A DNA stretch of 63,676 nucleotides, the filler included, from Chiloscyllium plagiosum (taxonomy: Eukaryota): the NCBI RefSeq assembly GCF_004010195.1. It is 5 parts of one record of this genome, joined end to end, with 100 filler letters (N's around TTAATTAATTAA, not from the genome) between each part and the next. Parts side by side here need not be neighbours in the genome. Positions count along the whole stretch, not along the records: positions 1 to 26,597 come from NC_057716.1; 4 more parts are not named here. The stretch is one strand, 5' to 3'. Under the pieces are notes generated by a model, which worked only from the letters and a program-made list of their open reading frames with translations, ran no database searches and was not told the DNA's origin. Made by a program: the position numbers and the translations under genes. The number at the start of each line of letters is the position of its first letter. Positions within the stretch are counted from its first letter, which is position 1. This document shows positions 1-12,510 of the stretch, in pieces.

Positions 1-574
1 TGTAGGGGAACGAGAATTATTTCAATGTCTCAGATCAGTTCNNNNNNNNNNNNNNNNNNNNNNNNNNNNNNNNNNNNNNNNNNNNNNNNNNNNNNNNNNN
101 NNNNNNNNNNNNNNNNNNNNNNNNNNNNNNNNNNNNNNNNNNNNNNNNNNNNNNNNNNNNNNNNNNNNNNNNNNNNNNNNNNNNNNNNNNNNNNNNNNNN
201 NNNNNNNNNNNNNNNNNNNNNNNNNNNNNNNNNNNNNNNNNNNNNNNNNNNNNNNNNNNNNNNNNNNNNNNNNNNNNNNNNNNNNNNNNNNNNNNNNNNN
301 NNNNNNNNNNNNNNNNNNNNNNNNNNNNNNNNNNNNNNNNNNNNNNNNNNNNNNNNNNNNNNNNNNNNNNNNNNNNNNNNNNNNNNNNNNNNNNNNNNNN
401 NNNNNNNNNNNNNNNNNNNNNNNNNNNNNNNNNNNNNNNNNNNNNNNNNNNNNNNNNNNNNNNNNNNNNNNNNNNNNNNNNNNNNNNNNNNNNNNNNNNN
501 NNNNNNNNNNNNNNNNNNNNNNNNNNNNNNNNNNNNNNNNNATGACACCACGATAGTGGGTAGGTCTCAAAACC

Positions 575-1752
575 AACCTAGATTACACCTGCTCCCACGC
601 TGCCCTCTGTAAAAGCGCCATCCTTCACCTCCACCGCATCTGCTCCCAGGTGGACCAATTCCAATACCGAACAACCCAGATGGCCTCCTTCTTCAAAGTC
701 CGAAATTTCCCCGCAGACGCGGTTGACGATGCTCTCCACCGCATCTCCTCCACTTCCCGCTCCTCCGCCCTTGAACCCCGCCCCTCCAATCGCCATGACG
801 GCAGAACCCCACTGGTCCACACCTACCACCCCACCAACCTCCAAATATCGTACATCCTTCGTCATTTCTGCCACCTCCAAACAGGCCCCACCACCAAGGA
901 CATGTTTCCCTCCCCTCCCCTACCAGCATTCTGGAAAGACCACTCCCTCCGCGACTCCCTCGTCAGTTTCACAACCCCCACCAACTCAACCTCCACTCCC
1001 AGCAACTTCCCCTGCAACCGCAAGAAATGCAAAACTTGCGACCAAACCTCCCCATCATTTCTCTCCAAGGCCCCAAGGGATCCTCCATTATCCATAAAAA
1101 ATTCACCTGCACCTCCACACACAACATTTACTGCATCCACTGCACCCGATGTGGCCTCCTCTACCGTGGGGAGACAGGCCGCTTACTGGCGGAACATTTC
1201 AGAGAACACCTCTGGGACACCCACACCAAACAACCCAGCGCGCTGTGGCTGAACACTTTTACTCCCCCTCCCACTCCGCCAAGGCCATGCAGGTCCTTGG
1301 CCTTCTCCATCACCAGACCATGGCAACAGACGCCTGGAGGAAGAGCACCTTATCTTCCGCCTAGGAACCCTCCAACCACAAGAGATGAACGCAGATTTCT
1401 CTAGCTTCCTCATTTCCCCTCCCCCCACCTTATCTCAGTGCCAACCCTCGGACTCAGCACCGCCTTCTTGACCTGCAATCTTCTTCCTGACCTTTCCGCC
1501 CCCACCCCCACTCCGGCCTATCACTCTCACCTTAACTTCCTTCCACCCACGCATTCCCAATGCCCCTCCTCCAAGTACCTCCTCCCGACCTTTTATCTTA
1601 GCCTGCTTGGCACACCCTCCTCATTCAAGAAGAAGGGCTTATGCCAGAAACGTCGATTCTCCTGCTCCTTGGATGCTTCCTGACCTGCTGTGCTTTTCCA
1701 GCAATACATTTTTCAGCTCTGATCTCCAGCATCTGCAGTCCTCACTATCTCA
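575..1752 (+). mobile_element. Penelope-like retroelement, 3' fragment (RT C-terminus, GIY-YIG endonuclease, terminal repeat with decayed hammerhead motif)
   Basis: Translates to NIYCIHCTRCGLLYRGETGRLLAEHFREH (GIY-YIG-type) across frameshifts; colinear with 53058-54006. Confidence 0.9.
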
Positions 1753-1754
1753 TA

Positions 1755-2510
1755 CACGAAATAGCGCTTAGTGACATGGTGTTAAGACGACAATCTTTCC
1801 CTCAATGTCAGCAAAACAAGGGAACTGGCCATTGACTTCAGGAATTGGACTGAAGGACACACACTGGTCTCTGTCATTGGTGCTGATTTGGAGGTAATGG
1901 ACAGCTTCAATTGCCGAGTAATAAATATTACAAACAATCAGTCTATTCATGTCAACTCTACAGTCAAGAAAGCACATCAATGCATCTACCTCTTCTGACG
2001 GGGAAGAAAATCTAGCATTTTAGCAATGGCTCTGTCCAATTTTAACATTGCACTGCAGAAAACATTCTATCCAGACGCTTCATATGGTAACTGCTCTGGC
2101 CGTACTGCAAGAAATTACAGAGATGCGTGTATCGAACACAATCCATCACGCAAATCACATTTCCTTCCATTGACTCGTTATTGAATTCCCACTGCTTCAG
2201 GAATGCAACTAACACAATCAAAGGCCCCTCCCACCACCGCTATGCTCTTTCCCAACCTCTTCCATCGGACAGAAGATGCAAATGTTTGAAAATACGTACC
2301 AATGGATTCAGGAACAATTTCTTCCGTGCTGTTATCAAACTTATGAATGGACCTGTCATATATAGAGTTGATCCTTCTCTGCACCTGTTCAAAAGCTGTG
2401 AAACTATATTAAACTGATGTCCTTGTGTAAGGTATGATTTGTACTGAAGAGAATGCAACATAATATTCTTCACTGTTTCTCAGAATGTATGACTATCACA
2501 AAACAAGCAA
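1755..2510 (+). mobile_element. Rex1/Babar-type LINE, degenerate 3' end of RT ORF
   Basis: Remnant peptides LSLNVSKTRELAIDFR and KGPSHHRYALSQPLPSDRR...RTNGFRNNFFRAVIKLMN resemble the Rex1/Babar C-terminus. Confidence 0.7.
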
Positions 2511-2871
2511 AATCAATCTGCATACCATACGTCTGGGTCTGGTCTGCTTGATAACACTTTAAACCTATGTCTCCTGTGGTCTGTGTAAAAGACTTCCATT
2601 ATCCATTACTTCCATGCCTGTCATAATTTCGAAAGGATCTATTTTGTAACCCTCAGCCTCGTGGTTCATGTGAAGGAAATGATTTATTATATTGTCCCGC
2701 ATCATTTATGATGGGAACTGGCAGGACTGCAGATATTATGTCTGATCCGTGAGTGATAAAGTCAATTAGCCTTGTCTATCCGTTGCTTCTTACGGTTTCT
2801 GGAATGCAACTATTTCTGTGTCGTAGCTTCACCAGGTTGACACCTTACGTTTAGATATACCAAGTGTACGC

Positions 2872-3470
2872 ACTCACAGAACATAGAACATAGAAAAGTA
2901 CAACACAGAACAGGCCCTTTGGCCCACGAGATTTAATCCNNNNNNNNNNNCCCCTTAATGAAAGCCAAAACTCCATATGCTTTCTTAATAACCCTATCCA
3001 CTTGGGTGGCAACTTTGAGGGATCTATGTACTTGCATACCCAGATCCCTCTGTTCCTCCACACTGCCAAGGATTCTGTCTTTAATCTTATGTTCAGAATT
3101 CGTATTCCACCTTCCAAAATGCATCACTTCGCGTTTATCCAGGTTGAACCCCATGTGCCATTTCCCAGCCCAGATCTGCATCCTATCTATGTCGCGTTGC
3201 AGCCTGAAGTAGCCGTCTATACTGTCGACGATACCTGCAACCTTAGGGCCATCTGCAAACTTACTAACCCACTCTTCAACTACCTCATCCAAGTCATTTA
3301 TAAGAACTACAAAGAGCAGAGGCCCAAGAACAGAGCCCTGCGGGACCCCAATCAACACTGTCCTCCAGGCAGAATATTTTCCATCTACAACCACACTCTG
3401 CCTTCTGTCAGCCAACCAATTCTGAATCCAGATCGCCAAATCTCACTGTATCCCATACTTCCTGACGTTA
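2872..3470 (-). mobile_element. CR1-type LINE, 3' RT fragment
   Basis: ORF 2933-3439 contains GVPQGSVLGPLLF, SKFAD and LQRDID; (AGAACAT)n tail repeat at about 2876-2895. Confidence 0.93.
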
Positions 3471-5094
3471 CAAATTAAAGTCCTCTACTCTTCATTTCAC
3501 CAGGTTTGACCACTGGCTCCAAATCATAACCCTCCCATTCATCTGCTTCCCCTGCCCTTCCATTTCTTCGTTGTCATGTCTTTGGAATGTACTTTGTTTA
3601 GAGCATTGGTAAATTTATACAGTGCATCGTGGAGGCTGTCATTGATTTACGCCATGCAGAAGGACTGGTTAATACTTACAAACAGTCTCTAACACACTCA
3701 TTAAAAGGCAGAGCCTTTAGGAACAGCTGAAACAAAAATAAACCAGGTTTCTTCAGGATTAAAGCACCTGTCACTGCCGCGAACAGAGAGAGCTCCTGAG
3801 CAGGTGGCGACTTCCCTGTATCTTGTTCAGAGTCCCAAGCTGTTTAGTTGCCTGAGAACCAATCACATCGTTGCTGGTAGCAGAAAGTCTTTGTCAGTGG
3901 TGAACTAGTGGCAAATCATCAATGAGCTCCTTGTCACAAACAAAGGCTGCATCTGTGTATAACTCCATTCATCTCCAATCACACTTCAATTATTGGGTCA
4001 CTATCAGGTGAATTGCTGTCAAACCTTGCAGCTATCCTCCACTTTCTATCTGTTTGTAAGGTCGCTCTTTTCACATTTTAGTCCACAATTACATTCAATT
4101 CTTTTTTTAAAAAATGTTTTTATATATATATATTCGCCCTGAGAAAACTAAAATGCCATTTCAAAAACGCATTTACTTGCAAAATACATAATGCACATTT
4201 TTTATAAAAAGTGCAGTCTATTTATTATTTCTCCCATCTTGCAATGTTATGCAACCTCCATATTTCTTAAAGCTTTTACGTATTTCACCATTTGTATTTT
4301 AGGACAATATATCTGAATTCACATTAGGTTTTCTCGTGATGTGTATAATAAAATGGTTACAACAAACAATACCATCAAAATATGTTGCATTGTTAACCTG
4401 AAACTTTTAAAGAAGGCCAGTGGATTACAATCTGTGTAATTTTGTATTTCATTGTTCTTTGTTGGGTGGTCTTCGAAGTGCTGAAATCTAACAGCAATCC
4501 CAACGTCCCCTTTCCTACGGAAGAGGACTTTTCCAATGATCGGTATTGATTCTAATAGAAATATCATCCAGGTTCTCAATTCCGAATTCATCATCCTGGA
4601 ACAAGACAGCACGTCGACCCAATTCAGAAGCATCAGCGGCCATTTTGAAAAGACTGGAAAACACAGGGATGGTAAAATACGTTCATCGATTCAAATTGCT
4701 TTCATCCTTTCAACATGAGCTTCGCACTGTACTAACTAAACCACCTGTCCCTTATTTCGTTCAAAAACTTGTTAAAGGCGCAGCTGTCCAGACGAAATTA
4801 TGGACAAATTTCCTGCAAAGTCAAACAATCCAAAAATCTATTAATTTCTCATTTAGTTTTCGGAACAAGAAATTCTAATAGTATCACTTTTGCTGTCTCC
4901 ATGAACATCTGTGCGCTTGTGTGTGTATGTCTGTGTGACTGTATGTGCATGTGTGTCTCTTTAAGTCGATATGTGTGCTTCTGTCCGTATGTGTCTCTGC
5001 ACATCTCTCTGTATACGTGATTGTGTCTGAGTATCTGTACGTATTTCCGTCTGTCACACACACATAGAGACAGGCAGAAAACACACAGACACAA

Positions 5095-5096
<2 letters not shown>

Positions 5097-5170
<74 letters not shown>
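5097..5170. repeat. (CA)n microsatellite inside a wider TG/CA-rich low-complexity tract (4910-5490)
   Basis: Directly visible. Confidence 0.98.
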
Positions 5171-5179
<9 letters not shown>

Positions 5180-5789
5180 CACACACACGTTCAAACATAA
5201 CAAAAAGCAATGGATCACTTCACGCCCAAGAGGAATAGTCAGAGGTACAGATATATTGGGGTTTAAACCACATTCCAATTGTTACAATCCCGAAAATAAC
5301 AGAGAGCCCGTTGCACAGAGGTACAGACCCAGAGATACATAAACATGGATACACACACTACTACACACAATGAGACACAAACACACTCACATAAGCACAG
5401 ATAGTCAGGAAGAGATAGATGGGGAGACACACACAGAATCACAGAGACAGGAACACACGATAATGCACACACACATTCAGAGAAACACATGCATAAACCA
5501 AACAGAATCAGTTTGCAGTAACTGACACTGCGCTGTGTCTAACCATCTGCAGCACAATCTGTGTCCCATCAGCTCGTTCCCAGTTTTTACAGATGAAATG
5601 TTGATGAGAAAGTGGAACAGTCGCGTGAGGTCGCTCAGCATAATACCCGTGAAAAGTTGAATTTAGTTAAAAGATCATGGTCATTTGAGCAACTAACAGA
5701 CTTGTGCACCACATCCGTATAATCACTAGATGTCCAGGTGTGAAATAGATTGATGATGATGGCAAGTAGTTATGTTCCCCATAATTAGG

Positions 5790-6170
5790 TAGAATTAACT
5801 TGCAGTGCAGCTTGCTCAGCACCACAGTCACAAACATTCTCTGCCTCCACCACCCACACTCAGTAGCAGTGGAATATACCACAGACAAGATGCACTGCAG
5901 AAATTCCCCAAAATTCCTCACAGAGCAGCTTCCAGAACCACGGCATTATCGCGTGGAACACTGAGCACAGCAGAGACAAGGGACACCAGTTGACAATTCC
6001 ACATCAAGCCACTCGCCACCCTGGCTCGGAAAAACGTCTCAGTTCCACAAGTGCCATTCGTTGGAAATCCTCGAACTCCCTCCCTTACATCATTATGGGT
6101 TTATCTGGACAAAATGAATGGCAGCAGTTCAAGACGCTAACTCATCGTCAGCTTCGCCAGAACAATTATA
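5790..6170 (+). mobile_element. Old LINE 3' end, same family as 23540-26170; similar pieces at about 13950-14220 (+) and 44150-44430 (-)
   Basis: Shared CAAGATGCACTGCAG and AAATCCTNGAACTCCCTCCC motifs. Confidence 0.6.
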
Positions 6171-7232
6171 TCTGAGTCATACGTGGAAACCCAGCGGCAA
6201 TGAGCCAAACACATTAATGAACCACAAAATACAAGTCACTGTTTGAAACCCACGTGCTCTAATGCTGAGCGTTTGAATAAATTGTATCCAAATTCGAGAA
6301 AATTGAAATACGATTTCATTTGAATTCATCAAATTCTGAACAGGCTTCAGAGGGTAGATGGTGAGAAATTTATCCTGTGGGTCTGCGTATCTGAAACACG
6401 ATAACACAGTCTCAGGAGTTGCGGAAAAGCTCAGCATGTCTGACAGAATCTGTGAAGAGAAGTCAGTGTTAAAGTTACACCATTTACAGATCTTTTGGTT
6501 ATTATTGACAGCACCCTCAGTGTAAGGGGCAGGTTATTTGGGAATGAGATGAGGAGAGAGCCATTAACTCTAAGGCCTCGGAGTCTTTAATATTCTCTGT
6601 CCCTGACGATTGTTGATGCACCCTAATTGAGTGCATTGCAGATTGGAAGACACAGATTGCTGGTTTCTCAGGGAGTCACGGGATATGTGGATTGCACAAG
6701 GAAACTGGATATGAAATCTAAGTCTCGCTTTGATTGGATTGACTACTAGAACAGACTGAACATTTTACACGGGCTGTATAGACCTCTCATTCTTTCTTCA
6801 GCGATAACCCCATTCCCATTGTTCAGTAATTATTACTTTTCTAACTTCCTGCAGCTCTGCTGAATTCCCCGACTCTCATAACACATGAGCTAACCTTTCC
6901 CTTCTTTCGGCAGATGTTGCATGACCTTATCAGATTCCTCTGAATGGCCTGTGTTTATTTCAGAGAGAATTATAACTCCATATTCCTGTTTCTGTGAGAG
7001 AAAACATTCTCCAAACCGATTCCTTTAATTCTATTTGTTCACTGAGAAAGGAGGCATTGTTCTGTCCAAATGCATTACATGCTCATGAGGGNNNNNNNNN
7101 NNNNNNNNNNNNNNNNNNNNNNNNNNNNNNNNNNNNNNNNNNNNNNNNNNNNNNNNNNNNNNNNNNNNNNNNNNNNNNNNNNNNNNNNNNNNNNNNNNNN
7201 NNNNNNNNNNNNNNNNNNNNNNNNNNNNNNNN

Positions 7233-7725
7233 CTGTAGATCAGTGTCAAGATTAGAGTAATACAGGAAAAACACAGCAGGTCAGGCAGCATCCGAGGAGC
7301 AGGAGAATCAACAATTTCGGGCAAAACACCGTCATCGGGAATGAGGCTGGGAGTGTCCAGCGTGGACAGATAAATGGGAGGGAGTGGCGCTGCGGAGAAG
7401 GGAGCGGAGAGCGCAATTGATGGATGGAGGTGGGTGCAAAGGTGATTGGTCGGAGAGGACGGTGGAGCGGATAGGTGGTAAGGAAGATTGGCAGGGAGGA
7501 CAGGCCATGAGGATGGTGCTGAGCTGGCAGGATGGAACTGGGATAAGGTGGTCGGAGGAGGAAATCAGGCAAATGGTAAAGGCCACATTGATGCCCTGGT
7601 GTTGGAGGTTCCTGACGAGCAAGATCAGGCGTTCTTCCAAAAGGCGGCGGGTGGTGAGTGAGTGGCGATAGAGAAGTTCCAGGTCCTGCATGTCCTCGGC
7701 AGATTCGGAGGGGGAATTCAATTCT
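7233..7725 (-). mobile_element. Penelope-like 3' fragment with terminal repeat
   Basis: DMQDLELL...RRLLEERLI peptide, followed by the terminal motif CTCCTGCTCCTCGGATGCTGCCTGACCTGCTG. Confidence 0.85.
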
Positions 7726-7994
7726 CCCTCCGCCAGTTGTTATTCTGTATGTTGCTCCTGACCCATCACAACAAAAATCTGTGTGAATGCGCAAACAACC
7801 TCTCTCGAAACATTTCACTCAGAATAATGTCAATAACAGGACGGATTAAAACAAAATGCAAACTGTGTTGAATGCTGGATGTAGGGAATCATGTCACTGT
7901 AGAGCCTTTACAGCACTGAGATCAGGCTTTCGGCCCATCATTCACAAACCAGTCTGCGCTCCCTCTTGAAACCTCTCCAATTACCCAGATCCCT

Positions 7995-8265
7995 GTCTGA
8001 TTGAAGACTGTCTGTGTGGAGTTTGCACATTCTCCCCGTGTTTGTATGAGTTTCCTCCGGGTGCTCCAGTTTCCTCGCACAGTCCAAAAATGCGCAGGTT
8101 AGGGTGGATTTGCAACGCTCAATAGTCAATAGTGTCCAGGTGAGTGTTGGCTATAAGGTTAGCCATGAGAAATGCCGGGTTACAGGAATAGCGTAGAGGG
8201 TGAGACTTAGTGGGATGCATGATGAGCCGAATAGCCTGTTTCTACACTGTAAAAATTTTATGATC
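7995..8265 (+). mobile_element. V-SINE (HE1-like tRNA-derived SINE), partial
   Basis: Core TGTGTGGAGTTTGCACATTCTCCCCGTG...TTTCCTCCGGGTGCTCC. Confidence 0.85.
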
Positions 8266-8608
8266 CTATACTCCATCCCATCTATATCTGTGGATGAAGA
8301 GGACTATCACCTGATCAAATATCCCCTTCAATGGGTCAACGTTTGTTTTCTAACTGACAAAGAACTGCAGATCTGAGAGACAGCACAAAAATTGCTGGGA
8401 AACTCAGCAGGTCCGGCAGCATTTGTGGGGAGTGAACCTTTTGGATCCAGTGATTGTTCTTAAGAGCTGAAGGCTTCTGATTCTGGTGTTTTCAGACCTG
8501 TTGACGTTTTACAAGCAATTTCTTGTTTTGCTTTCAGCCCCAGTTCAGTTGGTGACTATCACGGCCTTGTTATGTGTGCTTGGGAAAAGGGAGCGTTTCG
8601 TTGCTAGC

Positions 8609-8680
8609 GCGGTGGTGGTGTAGTGGTGAGCATAGCTGCTTTCCAAGCAGTTGACTGGGGTTCGATTCCCAGCCATCGCG
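8609..8680 (+). tRNA. TRNAG-UCC: tRNA-Gly(UCC), near-canonical with several substitutions (functional gene or young pseudogene)
   Basis: GCGGTGGTGGTGTAGTGGTGAGCATAGCTGCTTTCCAAGCAGTTGACTGGGGTTCGATTCCCAGCCATCGCG. Acceptor GCGGTGG/CCATCGC pairs, anticodon TCC, A and B boxes intact, TTTT at 8691. Confidence 0.88.
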
Positions 8681-9524
8681 ATGTTGTGGCTTTTCCTGTG
8701 GTTTTGCTAGGAAAGGTCTTGAGCACCAACGTTGCATGCTGTGGCGAAATGGATTTGTCAGGTTGCTTTAGGGTTTTCATGGCGATGGTTCCTGTTAATT
8801 GCCGTGACAATCCAGGCAGCGTTGCTCGAAAGCTTTCCTCTCTGCGGCCCATTGCTTATTTGAATATTGTTCGCAACATAAGGTTCGTTTTGTTTTGTTC
8901 CAAAAGTGAGAGATTGCAATCGTCAGAAACCTTAAAAAATTACAGAAGCTGCTGGAAATTCCGAACAGATTCAACAGCTTCTATCGTGGACATGAAGGAG
9001 GTTTAAATGCGACAAATTTCTTCAAGGTTAAAATACATTCGCACCTCAAAACCATTTGGAAGCTTAAGAATTACAAACATCACATTCTTCCTTTTTCTCA
9101 TCCGTTCAAGTTTCACAATATCATTCCGGTAGCAGGAAGACCAGTTTTGTCTGGTTTATGCAATGTTACTATATTCGAACATTGACTGTTTTATAGTTAA
9201 ATGATGTTTCATTTCGTTCAGTTTTCCAATAGAGTTGGGTTAGTCCACACTTTGTTTTTTGTTTGCGTTACAACGATAGTGCGAAGTAAATTGTGTTTCG
9301 GTTCAAGCCTGGAAATTTCACCAGTTGAATTGCATTGTCGTACATTTGCCATCAGGGGAAAAGAAAAAGGGATCTAGACCATCTTCTCAACTCATAGGAG
9401 TTTGATCTGGTCAAAACCTCCTCAATTTCGGTCAATAAATGTTCCTACAGTCCGCAACAATGATTTTCACAGATTAGAGGAGGATGCACAGACATCGTTA
9501 TTAATTGTTATTATCTCGAACATG

Positions 9525-9620
9525 AGAGGTTTGGGAATGATATTCTTCAGACCATCGACTGTCTGCTCAGCCAGAGGTTTGGGAATGATATTCTTCAGAC
9601 CATCGACTGTCTGCTCAGCC
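9525..9620. repeat. Perfect 48-bp tandem duplication
   Basis: AGAGGTTTGGGAATGATATTCTTCAGACCATCGACTGTCTGCTCAGCC occurs twice. Confidence 0.95.
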
Positions 9621-10980
9621 AAGGTTAAAGGCCTGGAATCCGGAAAAATTGGGAACAATGCAATTCCCAGGAGACTGAGAGGTTACTAACAGAGCGGGAG
9701 GTGGAGAGTCGGGAATAGAACGACAGGGACAGTCCGCTCTGATCACTGACCCTTCACCGTCAGTATATCCAGTGCCAGGAATGACTGCCATTGGTCAGAA
9801 TGACAAAATGTTATTATGGAAAATAAAGGGCATGAAAGCAAGGGAAGGCTTAAAGCATGAACCCCACTGGCGATCTGTTGCAAGGGGTCTGTAGAATGCA
9901 GGATGAGATAAGAATAGTGGAATTCTCTCACACCAATTAGCAAAGAATGATTGACGCTGAAAGGTCTCGATGGTGAGATTAGATTACAGTTAGTAAAGTT
10001 AGGCTTCCTGTTAAGAATCATTATGACTCGATTGGGAACATAAATATTTGGGACATGACATTAAATATCTAATTAATAGTTAATAGAGTCAGCTTGATTG
10101 ATATTATTGACAATAAATAACTAATTATGACATCGGGAAAATATGAAGTAGCGTCTGGAATGAAAGNNNNNNNNNNNNNNNNNNNNNNNNNNNNNNNNNN
10201 NNNNNNNNNNNNNNNNNNNNNNNNNNNNNNNNNNNNNNNNNNNNNNNNNNNNNNNNNNNNNNNNNNNNNNNNNNNNNNNNNNNNNNNNNNNNNNNNNNNN
10301 NNNNNNNNNNNNNNNNNNNNNNNNNNNNNNNNNNNNNNNNNNNNNNNNNNNNNNNNNNNNNNNNNNNNNNNNNNNNNNNNNNNNNNNNNNNNNNNNNNNN
10401 NNNNNNNNNNNNNNNNNNNNNNNNNNNNNNNNNNNNNNNNNNNNNNNNNNNNNNNNNNNNNNNNNNNNNNNNNNNNNNNNNNNNNNNNNNNNNNNNNNNN
10501 NNNNNNNNNNNNNNNNNNNNNNNNNNNNNNNNNNNNNNNNNNNNNNNNNNNNNNNNNNNNNNNNNNNNNNNNNNNNNNNNNNNNNNNNNNNNNNNNNNNN
10601 NNNNNNNNNNNNNNNNNNNNNNNNNNNNNNNNNNNNNNNNNNNNNNNNNNNNNNNNNNNNNNNNNNNNNNNNNNNNNNNNNNNNNNNNNNNNNNNNNNNN
10701 NNNNNNNNNNNNNNNNNNNNNNNNNNNNNNNNNNNNNNNNNNNNNNNNNNNNNNNNNNNNNNNNNNNNNNNNNNNNNNNNNNNNNNNNNNNNNNNNNNNN
10801 NNNNNNNNNNNNNNNNNNNNNNNNNNNNNNNNNNNNNNNNNNNNNNNNNNNNNNNNNNNNNNNNNNNNNNNNNNNNNNNNNNNNNNNNNNNNNNNNNNNN
10901 NNNNNNNNNNNNNNNNNNNNNNNNNNNNNNNNNNNNNNNNNNNNNNNNNNNNNNNNNNNNNNNNNNNNNNNNNNNNNNNN

Positions 10981-11310
10981 TCTTGACTGTCTCTGCTCAT
11001 TCGGGCAGTTCACCCTTCTTCATTCTCCTTGGATTTCACTTCTCACAGAGTTGCTGAAGATTCACAATGTGGGAGACTGGGTTATATGGTTTGCCTCTTT
11101 AAGATTTTTTCCCCCTACCATTTGATAATATTTTCCCAAAATCTCTTTAACACTCCTCTGCCTTGCACCACGTCCAGGGTCGAGATTACCTGGCATTTGG
11201 AGAGATTCCCGAGGTTTTCTTTGGAGCCAAGAGAGTTAACTGAAGATGTTCTGCAGCTGTTTATCTTGATGGGGGATGGAGCGGTGGGGATTGGCACATT
11301 GACGATCAGG
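10981..11310. repeat. Diverged dispersed repeat; paralogous to 15580-15911 (1-41 matches 15487-15527 of the same unit)
   Basis: Shared CAGTTCACCCTT, TTTCCCAAAATCTCTT, TTGCACCA.GTCC.GGG and GGAGCGGTGGGGAT.GGC.C.TTGACGA; TTTCAATGTCTCAGATCAGTTC occurs at both 20-41 and about 15506-15527. Confidence 0.85.
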
Positions 11311-11639
11311 AGGAAGTATTGTCACTGAACAGGGTCAGGGTCCAGAGGACTGTGATTGAAAGAATTTAATGAAATGCAGCACTTGTGCACAGAAAATTCA
11401 CAGAATACAGCAGAAAACCGACGGGTGCAGCGGTACTTGTGGAAAGAGAAACAGAGGTAACATTTTGAGAGTGATATATTTGTGATCAAGCACTCGACTT
11501 TCTAGCGCACTACACTAGAAATTACAGCCATTGAAGTGTTTTTGAAGAAGATTCAGGTATATTTGTTCATTCAAAAGTCAAAAAAGACAATGCTGCAAAC
11601 ACTCAGAGCTGGCACTGGACAGTGCAGACCGACCTTGAG

Positions 11640-12510
11640 GGTTTTTTCTGCTCTGATATACAACTGGGAAAATGTGGCACCAGAAGGCCTCCTCACAGCG
11701 GAAGGGGCCCATTATGTAAGACTTAGGTGTGGGGGATATTTTCTCTTTCAGAGGGTAGCAATTCTGTGAAGTTGTTTGCAACAGAGGGTTGTCAATGCTG
11801 CATACATGCACAGCTGAGAAAGACAGGCATTTGGTCACTTCGGGAATCTAGGGCAATAGAGATGAGGCCGAAAGGGGAGTTGAGGATTAACCAAATCAGC
11901 CGTGATCTCATTGAAACTTGTCGCTGACTTGATGGGTTAAATTGCTTCCATCTGCTCTCATGTCTTTGTTGTCATTTCGAAAATGTGAACCACCATTGCA
12001 CATGAAGAAAAGCAGAAAGTTTAGAAGAGATGCTTACAGTCAAACTGATTCAACATCATTTTTGAAAGGAAAAACACACGATGACAATCTGACAGATTTC
12101 TTTGGTAGCATGACCTGCAGACTTGGTGAAGGACGAAGCTCCGTAAAGTACATTTGAACTTTAGCAAGCAATCAATAAGGGGCTATATAAAAGTCCGTTG
12201 CACAATAAAGGAGTTCTCGGTGTTGGGTCATAAAGCAGCATTGTCTGTCCATTGTCTATTTAACAGAAATCACCGAATCGAGATTAATGAGCAGTTTTCA
12301 AGTTGGAAAGATATATTTAGTGAAATCCAGACTGGTCAGTCATCGGATTTAATGTTTTATCTGACCGAATGACTTGGAGGAAGTGGCAGAGTGAAATGCT
12401 GCGATACACAATAGGTGGGTGAGCATATTGTGATAAGGATGTGGAATTTTGCAAACAGGTATCGATAAAGTGAGTGAGTGCAGAAGACTTGGCAGATGCA
12501 GTTTCATGGA
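11640..12510 (+). mobile_element. Degenerate CR1 LINE fragments
   Basis: CR1 3'-end motifs (TTCTCTTTCAGAGGGT, ATCAGCCGTGATCTCATTGAA) and RT remnants. Confidence 0.65.

Noticed and set aside
1626..1654. Hammerhead-like motifs here and at about 7310-7340 and 31770-31800
   Set aside because: Catalytic CUGANGA core and/or stem II mutated; counted only as decayed Penelope repeats.
3680..3726. 47-nt candidate exon on the minus strand (TTTGTTTCAG...GTAAGT)
   Set aside because: Good splice signals, but no recognisable peptide or partner exon.
4849..5490. Cys/Val-rich ORFs
   Set aside because: Translation of TG/CA microsatellite.
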